Assembly (NCBI GenBank): GCA_003344405.1
Contig: NOWV01000327.1
Span: 1 to 47,512, forward strand
DNA: 47,512 nucleotides
Reading direction: 5' to 3'
Source: Trichoplax sp. H2
Taxonomy: Eukaryota
In this document: piece after piece, positions 1-12,953 of the stretch
Numbering within the stretch: the first letter of the stretch is position 1
Layout: every line of letters starts with the position of its first letter
Notes under the pieces: model-generated
Database searches by the model: none
Told to the model about the DNA's origin: nothing
What the model saw: only the letters and a program-made list of their open reading frames with translations
Position numbers and translations under genes: made by a program

Positions 1-58
1 GTTATACGGTATCGATTGATAGTAAAAATATCACTTCTAAAATATGATTACTTCTTAG

Positions 59-742
59 GCGTTAGCGGTATGCCTATCTACGACAGGTGTAGTACTGTTC
101 GCTTTTGATGATGGTTTTGGCTCTTTCGCTACCTTGGGTGTTATTCTATCAGTATTCTTTACTCTTACCGCAGCTTGTTTTCGTGTAAGTTATAGTAAAA
201 TTTATAATTACTTATTAATGAACTTTATATATATGTTACTGCTTATCTTTATTAAAGTGTTACAGTTTAAGTACTGAAAGGTATATAATATTTATTAGGT
301 ATACGAAAAGTATTCTATTGGCGATGCATCGCCAATTCAAGCATCGATGCTACTGACAATTATTAGCATTATTAATTTCTTGTTGGGATGGATACCTGTT
401 GTTATATTTCATTATACGGGATTTGAAAAGCTTACATGGTCTGACATTCCTTGGGAACCTCTAATGATTACAGATTTTTGTAATATGTTAAACGCCTGCT
501 TTGTTGTTATTGGAGTCGCTGTTACCTATCCTGTATTTATTTCGCTAGGTTCTCTCTTTGGAATACCGATTAACGCAGTTATTGACGCGATCTTCCGTAA
601 CGAATCGTTTTCGGCATTAAAAATAGTGAGCACATTATTACTTGCTGTAGGATTCTTAATTTTATTAATACCTTTGGAAAAGGCTAAATCGATATCTAGA
701 ACGCCAATTAAGTTGATAACTTGTAGATATCGAAAAAAATAA
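59..742 (+). CDS. SLC35F3/F4-like DMT-fold transporter, copy 1 (5'-truncated by the window edge; last two exons 59-184 and 299-742)
   Basis: AG acceptor at 57-58; exon 59-184 encodes ALAVCLSTTGVVLFAFDDGFGSFATLGVILSVFFTLTAACFR; GTAAGT donor at 185; AG at 297-298; exon 299-742 reads VYEKYSIGDA...DIPWEPL...GVAVTYPVFISLGSLFGIPINAVID...GFLILLIP. This matches the recalled SLC35F3/F4 C-terminal pattern (DIPW...GIAVTYPxxxSLG...IPVNAVID...GFLLLLLP). Confidence 0.85.
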
Positions 743-3700
743 GAGTTACTATTACTCTTATAAAATCCTGTTTATTCACAATCGCTTTATCGAGTAATGA
801 TAAAATTTATATCTTAGAGATAAAAATAAAAATAGTATACATTACAGCTGTAGACAGCCAGTTTGACAATATTCACAATAAAGATTATAGAGTGTGACAA
901 AGTACTTATTATATCCATCTGATTTTGGTGGTATGATGTAGCTTTTGCAATATTTATGGCAGTATTAAAGATAGACTAGGTTTTATAAAATTTTGAAGGT
1001 TACAGAATAATCTTATCGCAGGTGTAATAACTGCTTCTGTAAAGCTTCTTTTAATTAATAAATACACAAATACACACTCTGTTGTTATTCTTTCTCTCCC
1101 TGTCTCGATAAGCATTTGTCTGGGCTTATGAATTTACAGTTTATTTTACTAGATAGACTTTATTATTGCTTGTTTATTAGCGATAACATATAGGGATATA
1201 ATACGGTACACGTATTCTATTGATTTATTAGTACTAGTAGATCCCGCACTCACAACATTCGCTTGGTGTACTTGTACTTTTTACTTAATAGTATGTACTG
1301 AAAGTACATGTACACATATCACATACGGACAAAATTATTTTAATATAGTAGATTTATTAATCCTTTCACTAGTTGAAATTATTTCATAAATTTTATATCA
1401 CGGGATTGCGATCGATTTCAAAGAGATTGAATCTCGTTTGCAAAACTGATTTGTAACAGTAGCACTGGAAGCATACCCTAGAGAGTCAATTACACTAATT
1501 CAGTAGTGTTGTACAATATAATCTAGTCTTCTATCTTAGATTACTAAATATTTCAGATTAAGTAATCAGTACTTCTATTCACTTTTCTCGTATTAAAACT
1601 CTGTTACTATTACTCCCTCGCGTTATTACTCTGATACAACCAATACGCATATATTGCATCCTGCGTTGGGCTTGACCTAGACTTACCCCTTGGATTGTAA
1701 AATGTATGATTGCCATCAATATATATGAATATTCTTGTGACAAAGATACACCGGAGATGTTTCTGGGTATTTCTGGGTCTTCTTCTATCTCGACTACTTA
1801 TCAAGATTAATCACCCGCAATAATTATAAACATTTTCCTTCCGTTTCACGGTAAAAACGCTATAGACCTTCTCCTTAATCATAAACAATAAAATAACGAA
1901 CTTTCATTCACTGTAAAAAGAAACTCATTTTTATACCTTTGTAGTGATTTTAGCTAATTACGGTAATTTTGTGTACACTACAACCTTCTATTTATATTCG
2001 TGAGCAGTCATAGAGTATACATATACATGGAAATTAATACTAATAAACGACATGGCTGTCGTATATTCTTAGACCTCATTTTTATTGCTTAATACTCTAC
2101 TTTAAAATACGTTAGATCACGCATAGAACACGAGATAGTCATGATTAGAACACGGTCTGACCTTTAAGGTCTCTTTACAAATAAGGTATTTAACTAATTC
2201 ACTTAACCTAACTGGAAAATGAACTAGTTTTACAGTCTATAACCTAACGACAAGTTACCAGTTGTACAACAATCAATGCCACGTATTTATACATATAATG
2301 ATCTTTAACCCCGTGACAATCCTATTTTTGTAGTTAATTAGAAGTCTTTTTCCCTAAATTTTGAAGGATTACTTTGATAGAACTAGTAATAGATATTACA
2401 GCTACAGTAATTTCCAACTAAACGGCAATCAAGCTACAAAATAGTAATAAATCAGCCAAATAGCAATAGTAATGTAATTCGTTCTAGCCTGGTACTAATA
2501 AGTCGCCAGAAAAGTGATAATATATCCAACAGTGCCGTAAAAACAAATTAAATAGTATCTTGACTCTAATAACAATATGCAATAGGGTAGAAGCTGTACT
2601 GTACTATACACTGAGTGTAAAGTACGATACTATTCATTGATTATTACATCTAGATCGTCCGTGATGATGCAAGATCGGTCACAAATAAGTTTTGCTATAT
2701 AATGCCTTGAAAGATACAAATTTGTATACAGGATATGCGATAGCGGATTACTATCGCTATTCACTACGTCGAAATCGCTCTTGATGATGCAGTATGGGTA
2801 ATAAAACCGGTTTTCGATACAGAATATCTTTAAAAATAAATATCTACGTCTGTATATAGTATAGGGTATTTACTAGTACTGGTTTACTGGCCGATAGCTA
2901 TAAATAGTAAAAGCTGATTCGTGTATTAATTCAGTTTTCAATGTGAAGGTAATACATGGAGGATTTTAGTTTGATGTTGCTGAAGTCGAGTTTAATTTCA
3001 AATTTAACTTAATGTTACTTTAATATTAATAATTTACTGTTATTTCATGACATGATGGCATGAGTATATACAATTGCGATACTATCAGAAAGACTCATCA
3101 GACAGGGGCTACTCGACAAAAAATTTCTCCCTCATCGTCCTTTACCGTAACTCCGGTTTTTCCATACCGTTCTCAGTCGCAGCTACTGACTTCGTACCAA
3201 AAACTATTTTCCTCTTCATTAAAAAAGAATGAGACACTCAACTACCTCTACAGTGCAAATAGAACCGCTTACAGTTATTCTAAAGTTGTTGCTGGATTCA
3301 TAGTAAACTAACAATTTATTACGTAAATTTCGCGATTGTACTCGTGTGTGTAATGTTGAAGATACTGTAGAACTATCTCTTTAGTAGAATCAGTCAATGA
3401 GATAGCGTGGTAGACTCCGTAGCATGCGAAATATTCGAAACTATAGTAGATATACAGTAACTTGTCTGACTATAGCTATTAAATGAGAGACATAGCTTTA
3501 TTCAATATGCAGATCCAGGTGTCTGAAAAAATAATACGACAAGGACCTCAATTTCTTGTTACATTCACATGATTGCATGAAGTAGTTTCTTCTGTTAATA
3601 GCCTAAATGTATAATATCCTCCGCCATTAACGTAGATACTTGTGTAATCTTACAGTCTAACTGCTAACATTGTCTATTCTTACAGCTGCGCCACAGATGT

Positions 3701-3903
3701 ACAGAATATATTATATAACATTTCATAGCTCTCACGTACTAGATTACTGATAGATCGCTTGAGCTAAGAGCGCCAAATACGTTCGACTTTATAGCTATAA
3801 TAGCATGCAATGATATTAGCTATAATATATATGAGAATAAGCAACGTAACTAATTCCATTAATTTCTCTTAGATTTACCATCACCTACAAATGCAAGTTA
3901 AAA

Positions 3904-5969
3904 ATGGAAAATTGCACCGAAAACAGTTATGAAATAGCTATAGAATCCCAGGATAAAGTCTCGATAGGTAGAAACAATTTCATACTTTATTGCTATCCAT
4001 ATCGCAAGTATTTGCATGCAATTATATAGTTAATTATACATCTATAAATTAACATTACTGGAACATTTTTACGTCTGTTTATTGAAACCGAAAGATTTAT
4101 AACATTAATTTTAAGCTTTTTTACCGAATTAATTATACAATTATTAGATGACAAGGTAGAGAAATCCTCACTTTCTAACTCCACACTTTCTAAATTAAAT
4201 ATTCGTAAAACAATCTATGGAATTATTATCGTGCTCACAATAGCAATCAGTTTCAGCCTTTTAATTCAATTTGGAAAGATTACAGTCTCAATTGAGCATA
4301 ATTTTACTTCCATAACATTCTTCACTTGGTAGGTACGATAATTTTAGCGTTTGTGTATCGTAGTAATGTAACAGGGTATGTACTGTACAATGTACATGTA
4401 CTCCAAGCTCAATATAGAAGCGAATTTATTCCTTACTTACAATGTATATTTTATAGTATAAAACGATGAGATAAAATGTGCATCTTTGCTATCTTAATCT
4501 ATTAATAGAATTAGACTACAAATAAAGCATTTTTACTGATTTATTAATGAAGTAAATATCACTACGTTAAATAACTATAATTTATACCATAGGATTGCGG
4601 CTTCGACTACCTCACTCACCTTTCCAATCCATGCCTTGGTTTTAATGATCTTCAAGGGTGAAACCTTACGTCAGATATACAAGTATGTATAATAGCAATT
4701 AATATGATAAAATAATAATCTATGTACTATGCCTTGTATCTAAATTACATATTAACTAATTAAATATGCTTGATAGACTACTGCCTGTATATCATATATT
4801 CATTATATTGATAAATTGACACTTATATTTAATCGGTTAAAAATGAATTAACTAAGCTTAAATTATTTTTGATGTAATTTTGTTATCTAGAGAATCAATT
4901 AAAATTTATCCACGTAAAGACTTAAAAAAAATTTTTTGGCTTCGATTCCTACCATTAGCCATACTTACGAATTTAATTGTGGCGTTCACCTATTACCCTC
5001 TAAACTTTACCGCTCCAACCAATATTACGGCTATTTTTTCGTCAGTACTAAGCATGGTATATATTTTATCGGTCCTATTTTTGAAAGAGCCATTTGTATT
5101 ACTTAGGGTAAGTATTCTCGTAGTTCTAAGATTATAAAAGTAATACATAATTTTAAAGATAGAAATATCATTTAAATTAAGGGCTTTTAATTAAGAGTAA
5201 TAGTATTTTGTTCGTGAGATCAAACATGTTATACGGTATCAATTGATAGTAAAAATATCACTTCTAAAATATGATTACTTCTTAGGCGTTAGCGGTATGC
5301 CTATCTACGACAGGTGTAGTACTGTTCGCTTTTGATGATGGTTTTGGCTCTTTCGCTACCTTGGGTGTTATTCTATCAGTATTCTTTACTCTTACCGCAG
5401 CTTGTTTTCGTGTAAGTTATAGTAAAATTTATAATTACTTATTAACGAACTTTATATATATGTTACTGCTTATCTTTATTAAAGTGTTACAGTTTAAGTA
5501 CTGAAAGGTATATAATATTTATTAGGTATACGAAAAGTATTCTATTGGCGATGCATCGCCAATTCAAGCATCGATGCTATTGACAATTATTAGCATTATT
5601 AATTTCTTGTTGGGATGGATACCTGTTGTTATATTTCATTATACGGGATTTGAAAAGCTTACATGGTCTGACATTCCTTGGGAACCTCTAATGATTACAA
5701 ATTTATTTAATATGTTACATAGCTGCTTTGTTGTTATTGGAGTCGCTGTTACCTATCCTGTATTTATTTCGCTAGGTTCTCTCTTTGGAATACCGATTAA
5801 CGCAGTTATTGACGCGATCTTCCGTAACGAATCGTTTTCGGCATTAAAAATAGTGAGCACATTATTACTTGCTGTAGGATTCTTAATTTTATTAATACCT
5901 TTGGAAAAGGCTAAATCGATATCTAGAACGGTAGTTAAATTATTAACTTGCAGGCATGGAAAAGCATAA
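3904..5969 (+). CDS. SLC35F3/F4-like DMT-fold transporter, copy 2 (complete, about 373 aa); exons 3904-3967, 4148-4328, 4593-4682, 4891-5107, 5286-5411, 5526-5969
   Basis: ATG at 3904 in aaaATGg context. All introns are GT-AG and the phases join (1,2,2,0,0) into a 1122-nt ORF. It encodes many hydrophobic helices, the EamA-type segment TAIFSSVLSMVYILSVLFLKEPF and the SLC35F3/F4-like C-terminus. The frame stays open back to an acceptor at 3871-3872, so the start codon is slightly uncertain. Confidence 0.85.
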
Positions 5970-6728
5970 GAGTTACTATTACTCTTGCAAAATCCGGTTT
6001 ATTGACAATCGCTTTATCGAATAGTAATGAAATTACATCTTAGAGATAAAAATAAGCATATGCTTTAGCAGTCGACAGCAAATTTGACAATATTTGCAAT
6101 GACTATTATAGATTGTAACATCTGTTTGTTCTTATATGCTGCAGCTTTCTATTGCATTTATTGCAGTATTTAGTAATCAATTAAATTTTTATAAGTATAC
6201 ACGTAATTTCTATGTTTATATGTTGTGCTACGAAATGAATGTTGGTTGAAGCTAATGTCATGTATTTCATGATTGATTATCATAAATAAACATGCACTAT
6301 AAGGTAGGCTAATTTTAAGGATAGTAAAATAAGCTTGTCGTACGTACGATCATCGTGACCGTAAAACTTGTTTTAATTCAATAAACACCCAAATACACAC
6401 TCTTTTATTCTTTCTCTCTCTATCTCTCTACTCACCAACCATCCTTGAATTATCATGGCTACAGTTGATCTGCATGTAGAGCTAGACGATCTTCTACAAC
6501 TCAGAACATCACATACCGTGCACTATGACATCTATATTATATTATTGTTAATTAATCATTTCGATTCTGGAAAGTGCAGTATATGTTATATTTCACGCAG
6601 TTAAGGTAATTATACATTATGCAATGCATTTCAGGGTCATATACCATTAGTTACAGAACGATTTTTCCTTTACATAATCATATCTTGCCAATTAAATAGC
6701 GAGATCAATTCTGAATTTACTATCTCGC

Positions 6729-7287
6729 GAAAATAATGTGATTTGTATTAGAATTAGATATTTAAAGATTTTATGTTAGCGCTATGTTGGATCAGTCGCG
6801 AGACTGTTATTTAACTGCGATGATTGGGCTCAGATTGGTCACACCGTAGGCCAGGAATTACCTACTTAGCGGGAGGTGAAGTTGTGAGCCCAATGGGTAA
6901 CCTGATTGGCTCCGAAAGGCCAAAACAAGGGTCAAGAGGAAGAAAATAAGGTGTGGCTAGCGATGGTCATAGTTTATAGTGAAATATTAATAAATGATAG
7001 TTCCCGTATGGGAATATTTGTGTTAGAGTTTTGTTCAAAATATGTTGACAAATAAGATGGGCCTGGATCGTATGAAAGGATCTTAGAGAGAGAGCTAAAG
7101 TAGCCTCTCAGATTTGCCAAGTTGAGGTTACTAAGCTAACGTTCTACTATTAGCTATAACCTTTTTATTGCTAATATTTTGTAACCTTTTTATGTATATA
7201 ATAAAGCTATTCTTATCCTAAGGCACTCAGTCTCAGCATTACTGTGAACCAGTAGTTCGGAATAGTTTAAGAGCAACCATTATTACA
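6729..7287 (+). mobile_element. Putative solo LTR of an LTR retrotransposon (about 559 bp)
   Basis: Flanked by the 5-bp direct repeat CTCGC (6724-6728 and 7288-7292). The 3' end is CATTATTACA; the 5' end gaaAATAATG matches 7 of 10 nt of its reverse complement but lacks the canonical TG. Contains four CCAAT/ATTGG boxes (6823, 6834, 6890, 6905) in a locally GC-richer stretch, AATAAA at 7200-7205, and no ORF. Confidence 0.45.
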
Positions 7288-9210
7288 CTCGCCACCTGTT
7301 CATAATTCGCACTTCTAATTTAAGGCGTCATGATATAAGTCTCGCAGTACTAACATGCTTAGCACAAACTATACGTACAGTATCTCAGAATCTTAATGTA
7401 CTGTAAACATCTCAATAGAATAACTGCAAAACGTACAGTAATCATTTTCAACTAATAGGCACTTTGAACAATATTATAATCTAATATACAAGTTTAAATA
7501 TTCTTATTATAATCTTGCAGTAATAATCGTAGGCTAATTTGGGCTGTACTATAACCTTACTTAGATTTAAAATTGGAAATGGCTCTTAATGATACTGTAC
7601 GATCTCAAAGCATGAACATTCATAGGTGTACATTGACCTAATATAGAGATTTATAAAGACTTCAATGAATATTCGTAAGCCTTGACTTTGACTTTCGTGG
7701 GTAAAGTTACCATACGAACACATGTTTTTCAATAAAATAATAGCTCTTGCATGTCTTTCTTTAACTTTCATAGTATCATAAAGTTGATAGCACAGTATAT
7801 CATTCGCAAGATATATTTTGAAACAGTGCACTACATGTCAGTAATTTAATTATCAATAGATCATATGCAAAATTTTTTTATTTATTACCAGGGTATATTT
7901 TGCAGTAGTGTACTGTACTTCACATCAGTACCATAATAAATAAGACACAATATTCAATTTCCGAATAAAATATCTTTCACAAATAGACGTTAGAACAAAT
8001 TATAAGTTTAATCTATATGCAGGCTCATTTTGGGGACTATATCTAGATCTTCCAGTACAGCGTAAATTTGCTAGTTAGTATGCAGTAAATTTACAAGTTC
8101 ATAAGTTGAGTGCGTGGCTAATCAAATGTCTTAAATTTTACGATTAAAAAACTATGTAATAGCCTAAAATATTGTAATTAAAATCCCAAAATGACCACAC
8201 TCTATAACCTTTTGCGTATAGAAATGGCGATGAATGATGCCGATGATCATAACGTTTACGGAGAAATAAAATAGGGCTTAGCTCGGAAAATTCCATCTCA
8301 AGCGAGAACATGACATAAATTTAAATTAGTCATGTGTATAAGATCTTTTATTGTCATTTCTACCGACAACTGTAGTACAAATTTACTATCTGCTCACCGT
8401 CACTGTGGACATGAATCTATAGTATTCTCTGCACTCTAATTTGATTTACTGTTAGTATAATTTTACGATTACAATAAAGGAGGAAATCCACGTTATTAAT
8501 TATCAATTGTTATGATAATTACTCTTAAATACAATGACAATGTTCACGTATGCTTGTTATTAGGGATAATACTAAATTATAGGATAAGTTTTCCTTAACA
8601 ACGCGTCAATGGGTTGATTGTTATAACATCCAGTGCATAGTGAATTATTAAAATTTAGTGTAGTAACGTATAGTGCTCATCGAATATAGGCAGCATCTTT
8701 TAGTGTTATGGAGTTTCCGATAATGTCATAAGTTTACAAGTATTTATTTCAGTTTATTTAAGATTAGCTACCAATAGTTACCGACTGCAAGCTGACATAG
8801 CGCAAGAGTTTTATCAACAGACGGAAATAGAAAGAACAAGACCTAAAATAAGTGAGTTATTCTACCTTATAATCATGTTATTCGATGGAAGCAGTATGAT
8901 ATTTACAAATGGAAGAATTTAATTACACATTAACGCTGCAAAAAGTTTCGTATGGCTATTAACGAATTTGTTTAAGAGTCTGAATCTTTAGTCACTTCTT
9001 TCGATAGTCTATAAGATAAAATAAATTAGCTTAGTGATTTTATTTATAATAGTATTAGATCGTAAATCACAGTAGCCCTGTCATAGCTGTCTTATAAGAC
9101 AAAGTACTATAACAATACAAGTCTATAACTGGGATATTATTACCCTACCTATAGTCAAACTATTTAGTAATACCAATCATCGCCGCTTATATTTCGACAT
9201 AAAATTTAGG

Positions 9211-12200
9211 ATGGCCGTCTATCAATCCAGTTTTAAGATATCACAAGATCCAACCTACATCCGATATACTATGGAAAGCAGCTTTAAAGAGGATTATCTT
9301 CCTTTGAATACAAATTCTAGATCGAATATTTGTGCTGCTCCACTTGCAGCAAATATCATGCATCGAGATGACTATCATTTGGGTCATGTAGGGAATTCGA
9401 TTACACGCAATGAATTCGTTGACAGAGGAAGTGCATTTTATAGTCAACAGCGAGATGCTTATGGTAATAATACTAAAGAAAGAGCGCTAAGAGCAACGAC
9501 ATTTAAAATGTTCACTGATCCAGTATTCCGTGGTGGTATTAGCACTAATAGTGAAAGTTATCGGCGCCATCCAATTGTTGCTGAGCCTTCATTGAAACCA
9601 AAATTATCAACCGCCAACGCCGGTATAGCATTTGGTGATGTAATGAAAACTGAGATCCCAATATCGGATTATCGGAAATCGTTTACAGCTCATGCAGTTA
9701 GCCGTCCTAAGTTTGCAACGAAAGAATTTTTTATTAGTAATAAAGGAACCCTTGCAGGAGATCGTCGAAATCCTCAATCGATGTATACTACTACATCGCA
9801 GCAAGCTCACACTGGTAAATATGTTGAGCCGCCACCTTTGGCTAACATTCCAGTAAGTTCTCAATCTCTTATAGATTTTATAATAGAATTATTTTATGGC
9901 AGAATTATTGTCTTTTTTATGGTTGGATAATAAAGTTATCGTCAATAATCACATAAAAATCGTCATCTAATTCACCATAGTACTGTTAAACTGGCGTTAG
10001 GTTGCTATGGCAACGATAAATCTCACTCCATACTGATAATCTGCTACCCATATTTAATGGCCTGACAACTTTATAGATAGTAAAATAGATACAATATTAT
10101 CACCCTAATTATTTTACATTTTTCATGTTATAGCTACTCGGCTCGAATCTACCTCAAGGTGATCGTGAAAAGTTGGCAGTGAAATCAACATTACATCAAG
10201 AAACTTTTGTCCCCCTGAACGCTAAACCTGCTAAACCAACATCTGCTTATAATTTTCAAGAAACAACATTTAGATTAGGTTCTAATGATCAAATGTTTAA
10301 TACAACGTCTCAAGATGCGTTCAACCCCAAAATAACAGGTAATTGGAGATTCTGTGCGATATACTTATGTAACATAAATAATTTTTAGTAATAAATCACG
10401 GTGTTATGTTAGTATATGGTACCGTACGTTTGCATGGTTACAACATTTACTAAGCCGTTCAATCTACAAACTTTTATTTGAAATATGCTAATGGGATATA
10501 CCAATTGGGCTTTAAATAATTGCAAGAGTAATTTCAAGACCAAAATTAATTATATACGATAATATCCCCATGCCAAATTGATACATTTAATTTAAATCTA
10601 AATTTTGCGATCAAATATCATTGTCTATCAACAGATTTATTAGATTCTATTTGATAGTGCAATTTTAAATTTTAAATTATGTGATTAGAGGAATGATTTG
10701 ACGCTATACGTACTCACCTAAAATATTTAACCGCTTATAATTTCAGATGCTACCAACAAATCCAAAAGCTTACGCTTTAAACACATTCAGAGTTCTCTAC
10801 CAGGTGGAGATCTTGATTATCAACGTGGTAGGGAACGAACCTCAACAACAACTTTCAAAAGCGACTATCCTCAGGTAAGAAAGAATTGTAAATAATACGG
10901 AAAGAATAAATTCTGTAGAATCCTTGTTAAAGTATAGGCAACAAGCTAATGGTTTGCAAATAATTTTTATCCTGCATGTGCTGATGAGGTATAAAAACTT
11001 TAAAAATTAGTAGAATTTGACTGCAATATTTAATTTCGATTCTTTCAGTACTTAGATCATACTGCTACTCGTGCTGGCAATACTTCACGTCATGCTGTTT
11101 CAAGCGTCCGAATTAGCGGTGAAAAAAATCAAAATTATTTTAAAACTGAAATGTCATCAGCTTTCATTCCGATGAGACTGGAAAAAAACTTGATGCCTAA
11201 GCAACTAGAGAGTTCTGTTCCATTAAAATATTATGGTAAAACTATTAATTAATATCGACTAATTAATAGAATTAAGCTAATTACGGTGGTAATGAATGTC
11301 TAATTTAACAATATTTTTCATTCTAACTTATGAAAATATCCCCTATTGTGTTATATTCTATACTAATTAATTAAAGCAGAAAAATCTAAACATTAGTCTC
11401 TAGCCGCAACAGTAGTGTTTAATTTCCTGTAATGACACAGATATACAAATTGATAGTGAACAATGATTTAAAGGTATAATATTGTGATATTATTTCCATT
11501 ACAATATTAGTATCTGTGAAATAGGCAAAGAGTATAATGTTATAACTGTTATCATGATCTTTCATGGCTTAAGCTAACTCGTAAAAAATATCTGCTTTAC
11601 AGGATAATTATAGTCCATAGAATAATGTATCGATGGTACATTTATAGTTTAGTTAAATATTTAAGAAAGGAATATCAGGTATCAGTCGTGTTACAGAAAC
11701 AAAATCGACCTTATTAGGTCTACACTACCTATTACCTGACCGATGAATGTGCAGAAGCTTTACATTTTGATTTTTCGAATTAGATCGATCCGATGATCTT
11801 CCTGAAACGAAAGACATGTATCGACCATTGCCATTGCAAGTGAAGGAGAAGGCAATCCACCAAAATGTAAATCAAGTAAATTATTTTCTGTTTATTATGA
11901 TCATTGTATCTTCACGAAATATAAAATTTCATTAGATACCATTAGGTATGTCTTATGAATATTTTATTACCTAATTTACGTAAGAAAGTGGATTTATTTT
12001 AGTTATATGATGGTTGTAAATGTGAAAATTATAATATTTGTATCCTATCTACAGAATTTCCGATTTTATTGATTGATTCACTTGTAATGAGATTAATTTT
12101 AAAAAATTTAATTCTATTCAACCTTGCCTTTATTTTGATCTTTATTAGCAACGAAAAACTCATGCTAAAATTCAGGATTACAGACTGAACAACTATCAAA

Positions 12201-12310
12201 CAATTCATCAGAGCGATTACAAACCCAAGCGAGGTGATCGAGCTGACATTGTTAATCATCGATTACAATATAGTTCGGTGCCTTTACACACTCTCAATCA
12301 GGATGTATAA
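9211..12310 (+). CDS. SAXO5: TEX45/SAXO5 (C19orf45)-like ciliary microtubule inner protein, about 468-471 aa; exons 9211-9852, 10134-10338, 10747-10874, 11049-11235, 11784-11866 (or 11875), 12149-12310
   Basis: GT-AG introns with consistent phases (0,1,0,1,0) and stop TAA at 12308-12310. Repeated Mn-like motifs (TMESSFKEDY, STNSESY, SDYRKSF, TTSQQAH, TTSQDAF, TTFKSDY, TEMSSAF, TIHQSDY), often preceded by xxGD segments. The start SSFKISQDP, the internal ERALRATTFKMFTD and the terminal SSVPL resemble TEX45/SAXO5 as I recall it. A probable 5'UTR exon ends at 8851 (GTGAGT donor) and has an in-frame stop upstream of the ATG. Confidence 0.75.
10001..10014. promoter_or_regulatory. RFX X-box (ciliary gene regulatory motif) in the first coding intron of the SAXO5-like gene
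   Basis: GTTGCTATGGCAAC is one base from the palindromic X-box GTTGCCATGGCAAC and lies inside a predicted ciliary gene (intron 9853-10133). Confidence 0.75.
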
Positions 12311-12780
12311 ATTCAGCAGACAATTAGTAAGGCGATAATATCGATTCATAGTTAGAATAGTATTACCCACGTTAACTTTTAATGAAGATATTCAAAATAT
12401 ATCGGGCTAACATGCAGTATAAGAGCGAGGATTTAATATTTTATGAAGTTGTTATTTGTATAAGCCAAAAACATTGCTGTCATTACTTTATGGGTGGAAG
12501 TCAGCAAGTTGGTTGCCTTCACGATCAATTAGACGGCTAAAAATAACTGATGCGTTTACACTATTAATTGATTCATAATAATATGGCAAAGAGACGAATC
12601 CTTTAGCGCATTTTAACAAAGATACGACATTGTATAAAACTTGAAAATTTTAATTTGATGATTTGATATCAGACAATCTTCTTAACGGATAAATTGCAAA
12701 ATAGTCATTGTGCTAATAATGAGATATGAGTATAAAACATTAATGAAATAGAAGCTTAATTTTCCCCATCTTTTATTTTG

Positions 12781-12953
12781 TACATGAAATTGTATAGAAG
12801 TGGATAATATCAGCAAATTGATATTAAGTAGAGCATAATTCAATTTTTCAATATGCTATATACATTTTATACATTAAATTGTGTAGAAGTGGATAATATC
12901 AGCAAATTGATATTAAGTAGAGCAAAATTCAATTTTTCAATACGCTGTATACA
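12781..12953. repeat. Tandem duplication, about 2 x 89 bp
   Basis: The unit tacatgaaattgtatagaagtggataatatcagcaaattgatattaagtagagca...caatttttcaata starts at 12781 and recurs at 12870 with few mismatches. Confidence 0.9.

Larger units (their letters stand above)
1..6425 (+). repeat. Tandem gene duplication: 1 to about 1100 is repeated at 5228 to about 6425 (offset 5227 in the coding part)
   Basis: 1-703 and 5228-5930 are almost identical including introns (about 10 differences by eye). The 3' flanks remain alignable but are more diverged, e.g. ttttaattaataaatacacaaatacacactct near 1050 versus ttttaattcaataaacacccaaatacacactct near 6371. Confidence 0.95.

Noticed and set aside
1610..3311. Short ORFs between the SLC35F copies (1610-1804 minus, 3060-3311 plus)
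   Set aside because: No recognisable homology and no consistent exon chain.
9241..9864. Two minus-strand ORFs (68 aa and 85 aa)
   Set aside because: Antisense shadows of the large SAXO5-like exon.
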